Positions 9,846 to 18,444 of a stretch of 64,000 nt of DNA are shown here, one piece after another. The notes under the pieces are model-generated. The model was not told the DNA's origin, did no database searches, and saw only the letters and a list, made by a program, of their open reading frames with translations. Both the position numbers and the translations under genes were made by a program. The stretch is from Coriobacteriia bacterium (GTDB taxonomy: Bacteria > Actinomycetota > Coriobacteriia > WRKU01), in assembly GCA_009777935.1 (NCBI GenBank), contig WRKU01000004.1:3097-67096 (forward strand), read 5' to 3'. Numbering within the stretch: the stretch's first letter is position 1; each line of letters begins with the position of its first letter.

Positions 9846-12072
9846 TCACCGACGCACCCAGAGGGCCGGACGAAGGCCGACGTCTGTCTGAGTAACGGAA
9901 TTGCCAGCCGGGTTGCCCCACACGCCGGTAGCACTGAGCTGACCCCACGAGCAGCGTATATCACCACTGCTGAGCACGTAGCCCGAATAGCCGCTCGTCT
10001 GACCCCGCGAGCGCATATGCCAAAAACGCGTAGTAGTCGATTCGGCGGTCTGATGATTGCCCCCGGCAGCTACCCCATAAGCGCGTGGGGCAAGCTGGGC
10101 ATCCGAGGTGATATTGGCTGTGCCCGTATTCGGGAAATAGCGCAATATCTCGGTACCGGAGAGCGAGAACGCTACGATACCTGTACCGGCGGTCGTGCTG
10201 GTGGTAGTAGTGCCGGCAAATACACCTGAAGGTCGTGACTGAGCCTGGGGGAAGCTCGTAAAGTTTACATTGGCCGGACTCAAAGCATTAAGAGGATTGA
10301 CATCGGTCTCAATGCCGAAGTTACGCGTGGTAACCACACCGGTAATGATGCCGTCTTCGTTACCAAAGTTTGCTTGGACGGCAAAGGCGTTTAGATCGGG
10401 ATAAAACATCGGTGTCATGTTATTCCACCACGTATCCATACCCTGTTGCATATTGGACACGTTGGTCGGTGCGCTGCCCGTACCCGTGTTTGCGAGCCAG
10501 AAATTGGCATTAGTCGTAGTAGCATTAAACCGCGGGCCGGTATCGGTTCCCGTAAAAGCAAGGTGAGGATCGGTGCGATAGATATGTTGCGTAACGATAA
10601 GGTCATAGGGCCCGTCTGAGGCGATGCGCCAGAAGGGAACGCCATCGATAAGAATACGTCGCGGAGAACCTATGGTAATGGGAGTCCCACCAATACCGGG
10701 AATCGTAACGGTAATCATATCGGACGCCGCGGTATGGTCGGTGCCTTCGACTGGTGCGCCGCCAGAGTTAGACACGAGGACCTGAAACTCAAAGGCGTTC
10801 GGGCGCGCAGTATTAACAGTATATTCAGTCTCATTGTTAGTCCCTGAAGCCGGACTCCACACGCCATTGATGCGTTGTTCCCATCGATAGGTCAAGTTGG
10901 GGTCGTCACCGGCATCTACCTTGAGAGTAACCAGTGTGTTGTAGGGTATCGTTATCGAGCGAACATCGTTGTCATTAATGGTCATGCCGAAGATTATCGG
11001 CGTGGGGTCCCAATTAATCGCATCGAGTATCTCTTTACCCTCGATGCTCGCCGCACGCAACGGCACACCATCGGTGCCAAAGGACGGCATGCCACCATCG
11101 CGCATCCTACTAAAATCATCGCGTGAGACGACTTCCATCTGAAGATCGATAGCGTAGTAGAAAGCTCCTTGCACGGGGTCAAAACCGGGCTGCGCCGAGA
11201 TAGTCGTCAGCAGCGGCAAACTCGTGTTGTTTGTATCACCGGGACGAATGACACTCGTATAGTAAAAGAACCCGTCATCGGCCAAGACCCACTTGTTAGA
11301 ACGCTGCGAAACAGGAGCTGCTGTCCACTGGGCATACGTCATTGCATGAGGCTGAGTCCAGTCCCAGTATTCGGCAAAAGGCATGCCGTCTGCGTCGTGT
11401 CCTCTGAGAGGGGCAGCTTGAGCAAGGCTTGTGAGGTTGGTGAGGCCGCGTATCGACCACATGTCATCGGTCACCGCAAACCAGGCCGTCTGGGTATCGA
11501 TTGCACTCCCAAAGGGTGCCTCAAGCGTGGCCGTCATCGTAGCTTCAGCGCTCGGAATAAGCGGCGCGAAGGTTGTAATATCGGAGATGATGTTGCGTCC
11601 ATCTGCCCACTCGGTACCATAGATGAACTGCATAAACTCGGCGGCCGAAATGCGCGCAATAAACGGTGTGATGCCAAGATTGTCGACACGTACAAGCTTG
11701 TCCCAAGTCCGCTCATCTTTGCGCGCAAACTCGTCGATAAGTACCGCTGCGGGAACAGTGTTGTTGGCAAACTGATTGAGACCGCGCTGAATTGCTCCCC
11801 ACGCAAAAGTACCGAGCAAAAGAAGAAGCATCACAATGATTGCTGCAATGAGAGTGTTTTGACGTTTGCGACTTTTGGGGGCGGTGCTTTCTGAGTCGTC
11901 AGTGCTGACCACCACGACAGTGGACGGATTGCTTGCGGTTTCGACTCCAGCTTCTTCGACGGCCTCCTTTACCGCTTCTTTGACGATTTCTTTAAGCGCA
12001 GGAGCATCGGAAGGGTTTAGTTCAGAAAGTGGGGACCCCCCCCCCCCGTGTGGTTTTCTCAGTTGTGCTCAT
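9846..12072 (-). CDS. Surface/secreted protein paralog 1, frameshifted at a G12 tract (ORF track shows 9846-11915)
   Basis: ATG 12072 with GAGGG RBS reads MSTTEKTTRGGG then hits TGA with G12; with G11 it joins the 689-aa ORF (741 aa). Basic RKRQ + hydrophobic helix + GTFAW, Ig-like middle, C-terminal W-x-x-RSRG...GLRPALWVRR. Confidence 0.85.
12036..12047 (-). repeat. Poly-G12 tract (C12 on + strand) in paralog 1
   Basis: Counted directly: ggga-cccccccccccc-gtg. Confidence 0.97.
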
Positions 12073-12247
12073 ATTGCCCTCATTTCATGCAAAAAACGCA
12101 TGTGTCGTTATGTTGACTACCGTTTTCAGTCTACCAAATTATGCTACCTTGACACAAGCACATTTCCTGCTTTCATTCTGTCGATTCCAACGCACTTTCT
12201 TCAACATAGGCAAACGCTACGCTTGCAGAATTTTATGGATACATTGC

Positions 12248-13315
12248 TCAGGCGATTCTTTCCTCGCGCAGAGCATCGTAATCAAGTTGAGTAGGCAAAA
12301 TACCGGTGAGTCGTTGTGCTGCTTCGCGTTCGAGCACGAGGTTGGTGCTGGCGATAGCGACCTCAACCATATCGATCGTGGGCTCGGCGGTGGTAAGACG
12401 TTGCATCTGTACGCCCGGCCACAGCATCACCTTCACGAGAGGGTTATCGGGACGTTTCCCCGCCCACTTGACCGTTACCTCGTAAGCAAGGCCCGCAACG
12501 AGCGGCAACAAGAGGATGCGTGAAGCCATGACGATGAGCGTCACCAGTACCGCATTCTCGATGCCAAGACTCATAACGGCTGCGCGTATCGGCACGAACG
12601 TGAATACGACGATAGAGATAACCGCCACCATCAAAAGAAATGACGTGCCGCATCGTACGTGCAGTCGCGGATAGTTCATGCAGTTTTCCGGGGTCAGCTC
12701 CGCGCCGTGTTCGACGGCACTGATAACCTTGTGCTCGGCACCGTGGTAGGCAAAGATACGCTTCATGTCGGGCATGAACCCGATGAGCCACACATACAAA
12801 AAGAACGCCACGAGACTCATAGCGCCATAGACGACGTTCCAGAGGAGTTGGCCGCGCGTGATGGGGCCGACGACGAGGTTGGTGAGCAGCGTCGGTGCGA
12901 CGACGAAGATACCGATAGCAAGCGCAAAGCCCGCAACGAGCGCAAACGCGGTCTCGCCGCGCCCCAGAGTCGGCTCTCCCCCACCGGTACTGCCGACGCC
13001 GGTGTCGATGCTCTCGTCGGCCTCATCGGTGCCGTCGCCTCCGCCTTCCATGCTGGCCATCTCGGCGCTAATCGTGAGTGCCTTGGTACCCAGCTTGAGC
13101 GAATCGACGAGAGCAACACAGCCGCGGACAACGGGCCACTTCATCCATGTCGGTCGGTCTTCGGCAGGCGTAAGATCGTGCTCCTGTGAATGGATAGTGC
13201 CCTGTATGTCACGTGCCGATACGGCCCAGCTGTATTTTCCGCGCATCATGACGCCTTCGATGACCGCTTGGCCCCCCAGATGGGTACAGGTTGGCTCCGC
13301 GTGCTCGTTATTCAC
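12248..13315 (-). CDS. DUF1385 (YqhQ-like) membrane protein
   Basis: GGQAVIEGVMM, YHGAEHK, HVRCGTSF, QRLTTAEP; start chosen at GTG 13315. Confidence 0.9.
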   Translation of the reverse strand: MNNEHAEPTCTHLGGQAVIEGVMMRGKYSWAVSARDIQGTIHSQEHDLTPAEDRPTWMKWPVVRGCVALVDSLKLGTKALTISAEMASMEGGGDGTDEADESIDTGVGSTGGGEPTLGRGETAFALVAGFALAIGIFVVAPTLLTNLVVGPITRGQLLWNVVYGAMSLVAFFLYVWLIGFMPDMKRIFAYHGAEHKVISAVEHGAELTPENCMNYPRLHVRCGTSFLLMVAVISIVVFTFVPIRAAVMSLGIENAVLVTLIVMASRILLLPLVAGLAYEVTVKWAGKRPDNPLVKVMLWPGVQMQRLTTAEPTIDMVEVAIASTNLVLEREAAQRLTGILPTQLDYDALREERIA

Positions 13316-13988
13316 GAGTAATCCGCTCGAACGGCTCACCACAAGCCATCTTGCCTTCAGGACAGGGGCCACGGCGACAGCTTGCACCGGCGTCCATGAA
13401 GATATACGGCGCCGTCGAATCGACGAGCTCGAGCATGCGATCGCTCACCTCACGAATCTCCCATTGTGCGCGACGGCAGCTTCGTAGGCTGAAGAAGTGC
13501 AACAATTCGCGCATATTCATCGTCACGACGATTTTTGTCTCCATCGCATTGGGCAGAAGGTAGCGCGCGTCCTCGGCCGCCACACCTGCCTCGATAAGCG
13601 CGCGGTACGAACGAAACGCCTCGGCACATGCAGCGAGAAATGCCTCGTGCATCGCGGTATCTGCCTCGATGTGGGGCGGCACGATGAACGTCGGCTCCTC
13701 GCGGTAATCGACGTAGCGCTGCGACTGCTGGTTATAGCTAGCGATACGATGGCGCACGAGCTGGTGAGTCATCGCACGCGACACCCCGTCGATAGCGAAA
13801 GTGTAAACGGCATGTTCCAGCGCCGAGAGATGGCCACTCGTCATGATGATGCGTAAGATTCGACGTACCTCGTCGTCGCTCATCGTCTCCACAAGCTCTG
13901 CGGCACCGACCGGCGCATAGCAGACGCGCGCAGCGGCTGCGATGGCACGCTCGGGGTATGGGGTACTGTTCAATAGCCGGACATCCAT
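13308..13988 (-). CDS. thyX: FAD-dependent thymidylate synthase
   Basis: GHLSALEH, HQLVRHRIASYNQQSQRY, ARYLLPNA, RSCRRAQWEIR; start ATG 13988. Confidence 0.97.
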   Translation of the reverse strand: MDVRLLNSTPYPERAIAAAARVCYAPVGAAELVETMSDDEVRRILRIIMTSGHLSALEHAVYTFAIDGVSRAMTHQLVRHRIASYNQQSQRYVDYREEPTFIVPPHIEADTAMHEAFLAACAEAFRSYRALIEAGVAAEDARYLLPNAMETKIVVTMNMRELLHFFSLRSCRRAQWEIREVSDRMLELVDSTAPYIFMDAGASCRRGPCPEGKMACGEPFERITRE

Positions 13989-14093
13989 GTACAATGCTCC
14001 TATTCGCAGGTGTCTTATTCTAACATGCGCCTGCACCGCTGGCAGAGTATTGATACGGTTTATTGATGTGCTTCGGCAGAAGGGCTGTCTTAC

Positions 14094-15014
14094 ATGCCAC
14101 ATTCCCGATACCTCTTCATCGTCAACCCCGTCGCAGCGAGCGGGGCGGCGGCGACACGCTTTGAGGCCCTCGCATCACAACGTGCCACGCTTGACCACGA
14201 TGTCGCCTTTACTGAGGCTCCCGGCCACGCTACCGAGATTGCGGCCCACGCACACGGCTACGATGTTGTCGTCGCGTTTGGAGGTGACGGCACGACGGCC
14301 GAAATCGTCAACGGGCTTATGCAGATTGCCGATGAAGAGAGGCCGGTGCTTGCTCTGCTCCCCTGTGGGTCAGGCAACGATAGTTGTCGTATGGCGGGAG
14401 TGCCCCTTACTATCGATGCAGCCTTTGAGGTGCTACGGACGGGTACCCCACGCAGTTTCGATCTCGGACTCTGTAACGATACCTACTTCGTCAATAGTTT
14501 CTCGACCGGCGTCGATGCGCAGGTCGTCACACGGACTCACGAACTCAAAGAAGCGACCGGACACACCGGGTTTGCGCTGTACGGACGCGCGCTCATCGAT
14601 GTGATCCTGCGCAACATGAAGGCCACGATCATCGAGGTGACGCGCAAAGGAAGCGATGACCGTAGTGATGTCGATGGGGCCGCCACCCGCCACGATGTTT
14701 TACTGTGTACGGTCACCAACGGTCAGACGTACGGCTCTGGCTTTCGTATCAACCCCAGCGCGCGTCCCGACGATGGGACGCTCACGATGTCCCACATTGC
14801 CTGGATTCCACGCTGGCGTGTGCTCTCGCTTCTTCCGGCACTCATGCGCGCGACACATCCACGGGTTAAGCACTATCGGGTAGACGAAGTCATCGCCTGC
14901 ACCGTCACAAACGTAACCGATGAGCCACTCGTTGCCCAGTGCGACGGCGAGATAGTAAGAGAGCGCACCTTTGCGATTTCGGTGCGCCCTCAAGCGTTGC
15001 GTATTCTGGTGTAG
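14094..15014 (+). CDS. Diacylglycerol kinase family lipid kinase (YegS/BmrU-like)
   Basis: IVNPVA, GGDGT, PCGSGND, NGQTYGSG, DGE motifs. Confidence 0.92.
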   Translation: MPHSRYLFIVNPVAASGAAATRFEALASQRATLDHDVAFTEAPGHATEIAAHAHGYDVVVAFGGDGTTAEIVNGLMQIADEERPVLALLPCGSGNDSCRMAGVPLTIDAAFEVLRTGTPRSFDLGLCNDTYFVNSFSTGVDAQVVTRTHELKEATGHTGFALYGRALIDVILRNMKATIIEVTRKGSDDRSDVDGAATRHDVLLCTVTNGQTYGSGFRINPSARPDDGTLTMSHIAWIPRWRVLSLLPALMRATHPRVKHYRVDEVIACTVTNVTDEPLVAQCDGEIVRERTFAISVRPQALRILV

Positions 15015-15015
15015 G

Positions 15016-15420
15016 CTACTCGGCAGGAGTATCGTCGGCCGGCTCGGGCTCTTCAGCGGGAGCCTCTTCGGCCGGGGCGGTCGCGGCGAACTCGGCTGCG
15101 CGACGTTCCTTCTCTTCGGCCCGTGCCTCACGCTCGGCGCGCTTAGCAGCCTCAATCTCCTCGGCCTTCTTGCGCAGTTCATCGCGCTTGGCCTCTTCCT
15201 TCTTGAGCGCCTCGGCAGCAGCCGCGCCGAACTTGTCGGCAAAACGCTGGACGCGCCCGCCGGTGTCGATCAGCTTCTGAGTGCCGGTAAAGAACGGATG
15301 GCATTTATCGCACAGCTCGATGTGGAGCGTGCCGCCTTTCGTCGACTGCGAATCAAACTTGTTGCCGCAGCTGCATTCGTATTCGGTCGGCGCGTACGCC
15401 GGGTGTATCTCTGGTTTCAT
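15016..15420 (-). CDS. rpmE: 50S ribosomal protein L31 (Zn-binding type) with charged C-terminal extension
   Basis: MKPEIHPAY, CSCG, CDKCHPFFTG, DTGGRVQRF, followed by about 65 Ala/Glu/Lys-rich residues. Confidence 0.97.
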   Translation of the reverse strand: MKPEIHPAYAPTEYECSCGNKFDSQSTKGGTLHIELCDKCHPFFTGTQKLIDTGGRVQRFADKFGAAAAEALKKEEAKRDELRKKAEEIEAAKRAEREARAEEKERRAAEFAATAPAEEAPAEEPEPADDTPAE

Positions 15421-15473
15421 CGTATCTCCTTATGCCTTGATTTCTGACCAAGGCGTAACAGCCCTTAAGTATA

Positions 15474-17030
15474 CTACATCTTTCCGAGGTCGCCGCCGTT
15501 TTGCGCGAGTTTTTTCGCCATCTTGCGCAGGAGTTCCTTGTTGTCCTCGGTCTGGCGGAACCCGGCGAGCAGCTGTTGCATTGCGCGGTCGGGGTCGAGC
15601 GGGTTAAGAATGTCGCGCACGCCATAGATGAAGTTCTCCCACTCGGGCTCGAGCAATAGATCTTCTCGACGCGTACCCGAAGCAATAATGTCGATAGCCG
15701 GGAAGATACGGCGATCGGCGAGCGCGCGGTCGAGGCGCAGCTCCATGTTACCAGTTCCCTTAAACTCTTCGAAGATGACCTCATCCATCTTAGAGCCGGT
15801 ATCGATGAGCGCGGTCGCCAGAATCGTAAGCGAGCCGCCATGCTCGATATTGCGCGCTGCACCAAAAAACCTCTTCGGCGGATAGAGCGCCGTTGAATCG
15901 ACACCACCGGACAAGATACGACCCGAGGCCGGCGAAGCAAGGTTGTAGGCGCGTGCAAGACGCGTAATAGAATCGAGCAAAATGACCACATCCTGGCCCA
16001 GTTCAACGAGGCGTTTTGCGCGCTCGATGACGAGCTCGGCGGCGGCGATGTGATTCTCGCTCGGCATATCGAATGTCGAACTGATGACCTCGCCGCGAAT
16101 CGAGCGCTCCATATCGGTGACCTCTTCGGGGCGCTCATCGACGAGCAAGCACATGAGGTGTACGTCAGGATTGTTCGCCGCAATCGAGGCCGCAATGTCT
16201 TTAAGTATTATCGTCTTGCCGGCCTTCGGAGGCGAGACGATGAGGCCGCGCTGCCCCTTGCCAACGGGCGCAACGAGATCGATGGTGCGCGCAGTGAAGT
16301 ACTCTTTGCCGTGCTCCATCATCAGACGTCCGGCGCCCTGGCCCGTTGGCGACCAGTCGGCCTCAGGGAAAACAGGTGTCAGATCAGCGAACTTTGCGCG
16401 TCCGCGTGCTTCTTCGGGCGACATACCGTTGACGCTCTCGATTTCGACGAGCGCACCAAACTTCTCGTTTGAGCGTGCTGCACGCATCTTACCAGCGATT
16501 GCATCGCCACGACGCAGACCATTTTTACGTATCATTGCCGTGCCGATATACGCATCGCCTGTGCTGGCAAGGTATCCTTTTGTGCGGAGGAAGCCGTAGC
16601 CCTCTTTCATCGTTTCGAGAATGCCGCTGACTTCAAGAAGCTCGGCTGGCTCGTAATCGTGTTTCTGTTTGTGCTGGTCGCGTTTGTGTCGATTATCGCG
16701 CTTATCGCGCGTATTGCGGTCGGTGCGATGATCGCGGCCCTCACGTCCTTCGCGTGCAGACTTCTTGTCGCTGCCGCCCGCATCGCCGGATCCACCGATG
16801 TAGTACTGCTTCTCTGTCGTGACCTGTGCTTCGCTTGCGGCAATAAGCGCATCGACGAGCTCGGCCTTCTTAAGTTTGGTGTCAACGCCGAACTCTTCGG
16901 CCATCGTACGCAGCTCAGCAACTTTCAGTTTCGTTATGTCTTCGCGCTTAAGTGCCGGCTTGCGTGGCTCTTCACGATAGCGCTGGGGCGCACCGGGGAC
17001 GCTGCGGCGGGGACGTTTGCGCGGGCTCAT
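15474..17030 (-). CDS. rho: Transcription termination factor Rho
   Basis: [44 protein letters not shown]. Confidence 0.98.
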   Translation of the reverse strand: MSPRKRPRRSVPGAPQRYREEPRKPALKREDITKLKVAELRTMAEEFGVDTKLKKAELVDALIAASEAQVTTEKQYYIGGSGDAGGSDKKSAREGREGRDHRTDRNTRDKRDNRHKRDQHKQKHDYEPAELLEVSGILETMKEGYGFLRTKGYLASTGDAYIGTAMIRKNGLRRGDAIAGKMRAARSNEKFGALVEIESVNGMSPEEARGRAKFADLTPVFPEADWSPTGQGAGRLMMEHGKEYFTARTIDLVAPVGKGQRGLIVSPPKAGKTIILKDIAASIAANNPDVHLMCLLVDERPEEVTDMERSIRGEVISSTFDMPSENHIAAAELVIERAKRLVELGQDVVILLDSITRLARAYNLASPASGRILSGGVDSTALYPPKRFFGAARNIEHGGSLTILATALIDTGSKMDEVIFEEFKGTGNMELRLDRALADRRIFPAIDIIASGTRREDLLLEPEWENFIYGVRDILNPLDPDRAMQQLLAGFRQTEDNKELLRKMAKKLAQNGGDLGKM

Positions 17031-17689
17031 GCGTTAACCACTTTCTCCCAGTCGGCTGCAAATGACTCAAGTCCGCGATCGGTTAGCGGGTGTTTGATGA
17101 GGTTTTTGAGTACGGAATACGGTACCGTCGCAATGTCGGCACCCATAAGCGCGGACTGCGTGACATGGTGCGCACTGCGAATCGATGCGGCGATGACCTC
17201 GACCTTGTGGCCAAAATCATAGTTAGTGATAGCGAGCACGACATCGGCAAGCTGCGCGAGACCGTCCTCGCTAATGTCGTCAAAACGCCCGACGAACGGT
17301 GAGATGTAGCGTGCACCGGCACGAGCGGCCATAATAGCCTGCGGAACGCTAAAACAGAGCGTGAGGTTTGTGTCAATGCCATCTGCCGCCAGCGCTTTTG
17401 TTGCCGCAAGACCTTCGATTGTCGTCGGCACTTTAACGACAACGTTAGGGGCAATCGCACTTAGCCGCTTGCCTTCTTCGATGATGTCAGCACGCATCTC
17501 GCCGACCGCCTCGGCCGAGACCGGCCCGTCGACGAGCTTACAGATACGCCCGATGTGTGTCTCGAAATCGGCGAGCTTGCCACCGATACGCGCATAGAGC
17601 GTCGGGTTTGTCGTCACACCGGCGACGACGCCCCAGCTCGCTGCTTCCTCGACCTCGGCTAAATCAGCCGTATCCAAGAAAAACTTCAT
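17027..17689 (-). CDS. fsa: Fructose-6-phosphate aldolase / transaldolase
   Basis: MKFFLDTA, GVTTNPT, VVVKVP, YISPFVGRFDD, AASIR. Confidence 0.93.
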   Translation of the reverse strand: MKFFLDTADLAEVEEAASWGVVAGVTTNPTLYARIGGKLADFETHIGRICKLVDGPVSAEAVGEMRADIIEEGKRLSAIAPNVVVKVPTTIEGLAATKALAADGIDTNLTLCFSVPQAIMAARAGARYISPFVGRFDDISEDGLAQLADVVLAITNYDFGHKVEVIAASIRSAHHVTQSALMGADIATVPYSVLKNLIKHPLTDRGLESFAADWEKVVNA

Positions 17690-17869
17690 GGCTCGTAAAC
17701 CTCTCTCTATATCTGACGTGTCGAGCTTTTGCTTGCGACACGTATCCTACCAACGCTTAAATGTGGGATTATCAAGAAGGGTGCCCGCGAATGCGAACAC
17801 CCCTACTATACTAGAGGACGAGCACAAGTGCAAATGCTCGTACTGCACCGCTGCACGCACGCACAAACT

Positions 17870-18220
17870 CTAATAGTCAATCTCGTAAAAAACTTGGTTT
17901 ATCATACTTTCAAAAACACCAAGCGAAAAAACACCGCAGAGCAGAAGAATGAGCAATAGTATCACGACTGCACTGATAATGAGCATGGCCTTTGCCCAGT
18001 TCTGCAATGACAGATTCACCTTACCGCCAAAGGCAATAAAAGCAAGCGCTGCCATATACAAGATAAAACCGATGAGCGGAATGAGGTTCAAGAGACCGAG
18101 CGCCCATACCCCCACCCATGTGCCAATCGACACCGGCTCGTGCATGAGGTTTGCCGCTACACCCTTATCTGCAGCGACCTCAACGCTCGCTTTACCCGCA
18201 ATATCTGTTTCGTCGGTCAT
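17870..18220 (-). CDS. Small hypothetical membrane protein
   Basis: Two to three hydrophobic segments, LIPLIG and NWAKAMLI; RBS GAAAGGA upstream of ATG 18220. Confidence 0.75.
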   Translation of the reverse strand: MTDETDIAGKASVEVAADKGVAANLMHEPVSIGTWVGVWALGLLNLIPLIGFILYMAALAFIAFGGKVNLSLQNWAKAMLIISAVVILLLILLLCGVFSLGVFESMINQVFYEIDY

Positions 18221-18302
18221 AGCGCTTCCTTTCGTTCGGATTAACGTACGCCCCACTATATCATGTTACTGCGCGTCATACGAAGTGGTTCAGGTAAACC
18301 GT

Positions 18303-18401
18303 TACGCTTGGCTTGAAGTGGCTGCGCAGCCCGCGCTCGATATACTTACTTACATCGAGCGCGAGACGCAAGTCGCTTCGTTTGGGCGGACGACGTGTCA
18401 T
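18303..18401 (-). repeat. 99-bp repeat, copy A, downstream of paralog 2, containing a long hairpin
   Basis: 91/99 identical to 21466-21564 by manual alignment; inner arms 18333-18344 and 18351-18362. Confidence 0.9.
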
Positions 18402-18444
18402 GTGAGTGCCTTATCCAAAAAGACTGCGGCCTCCAAGTTGGATG

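Noticed and set aside
17765-17810. TTATCAAGAAGGGTG resembling the start of a SAM-I riboswitch
   Set aside because: The kink-turn/GCAACC and P4 elements are missing, and it is on the opposite strand to fsa.
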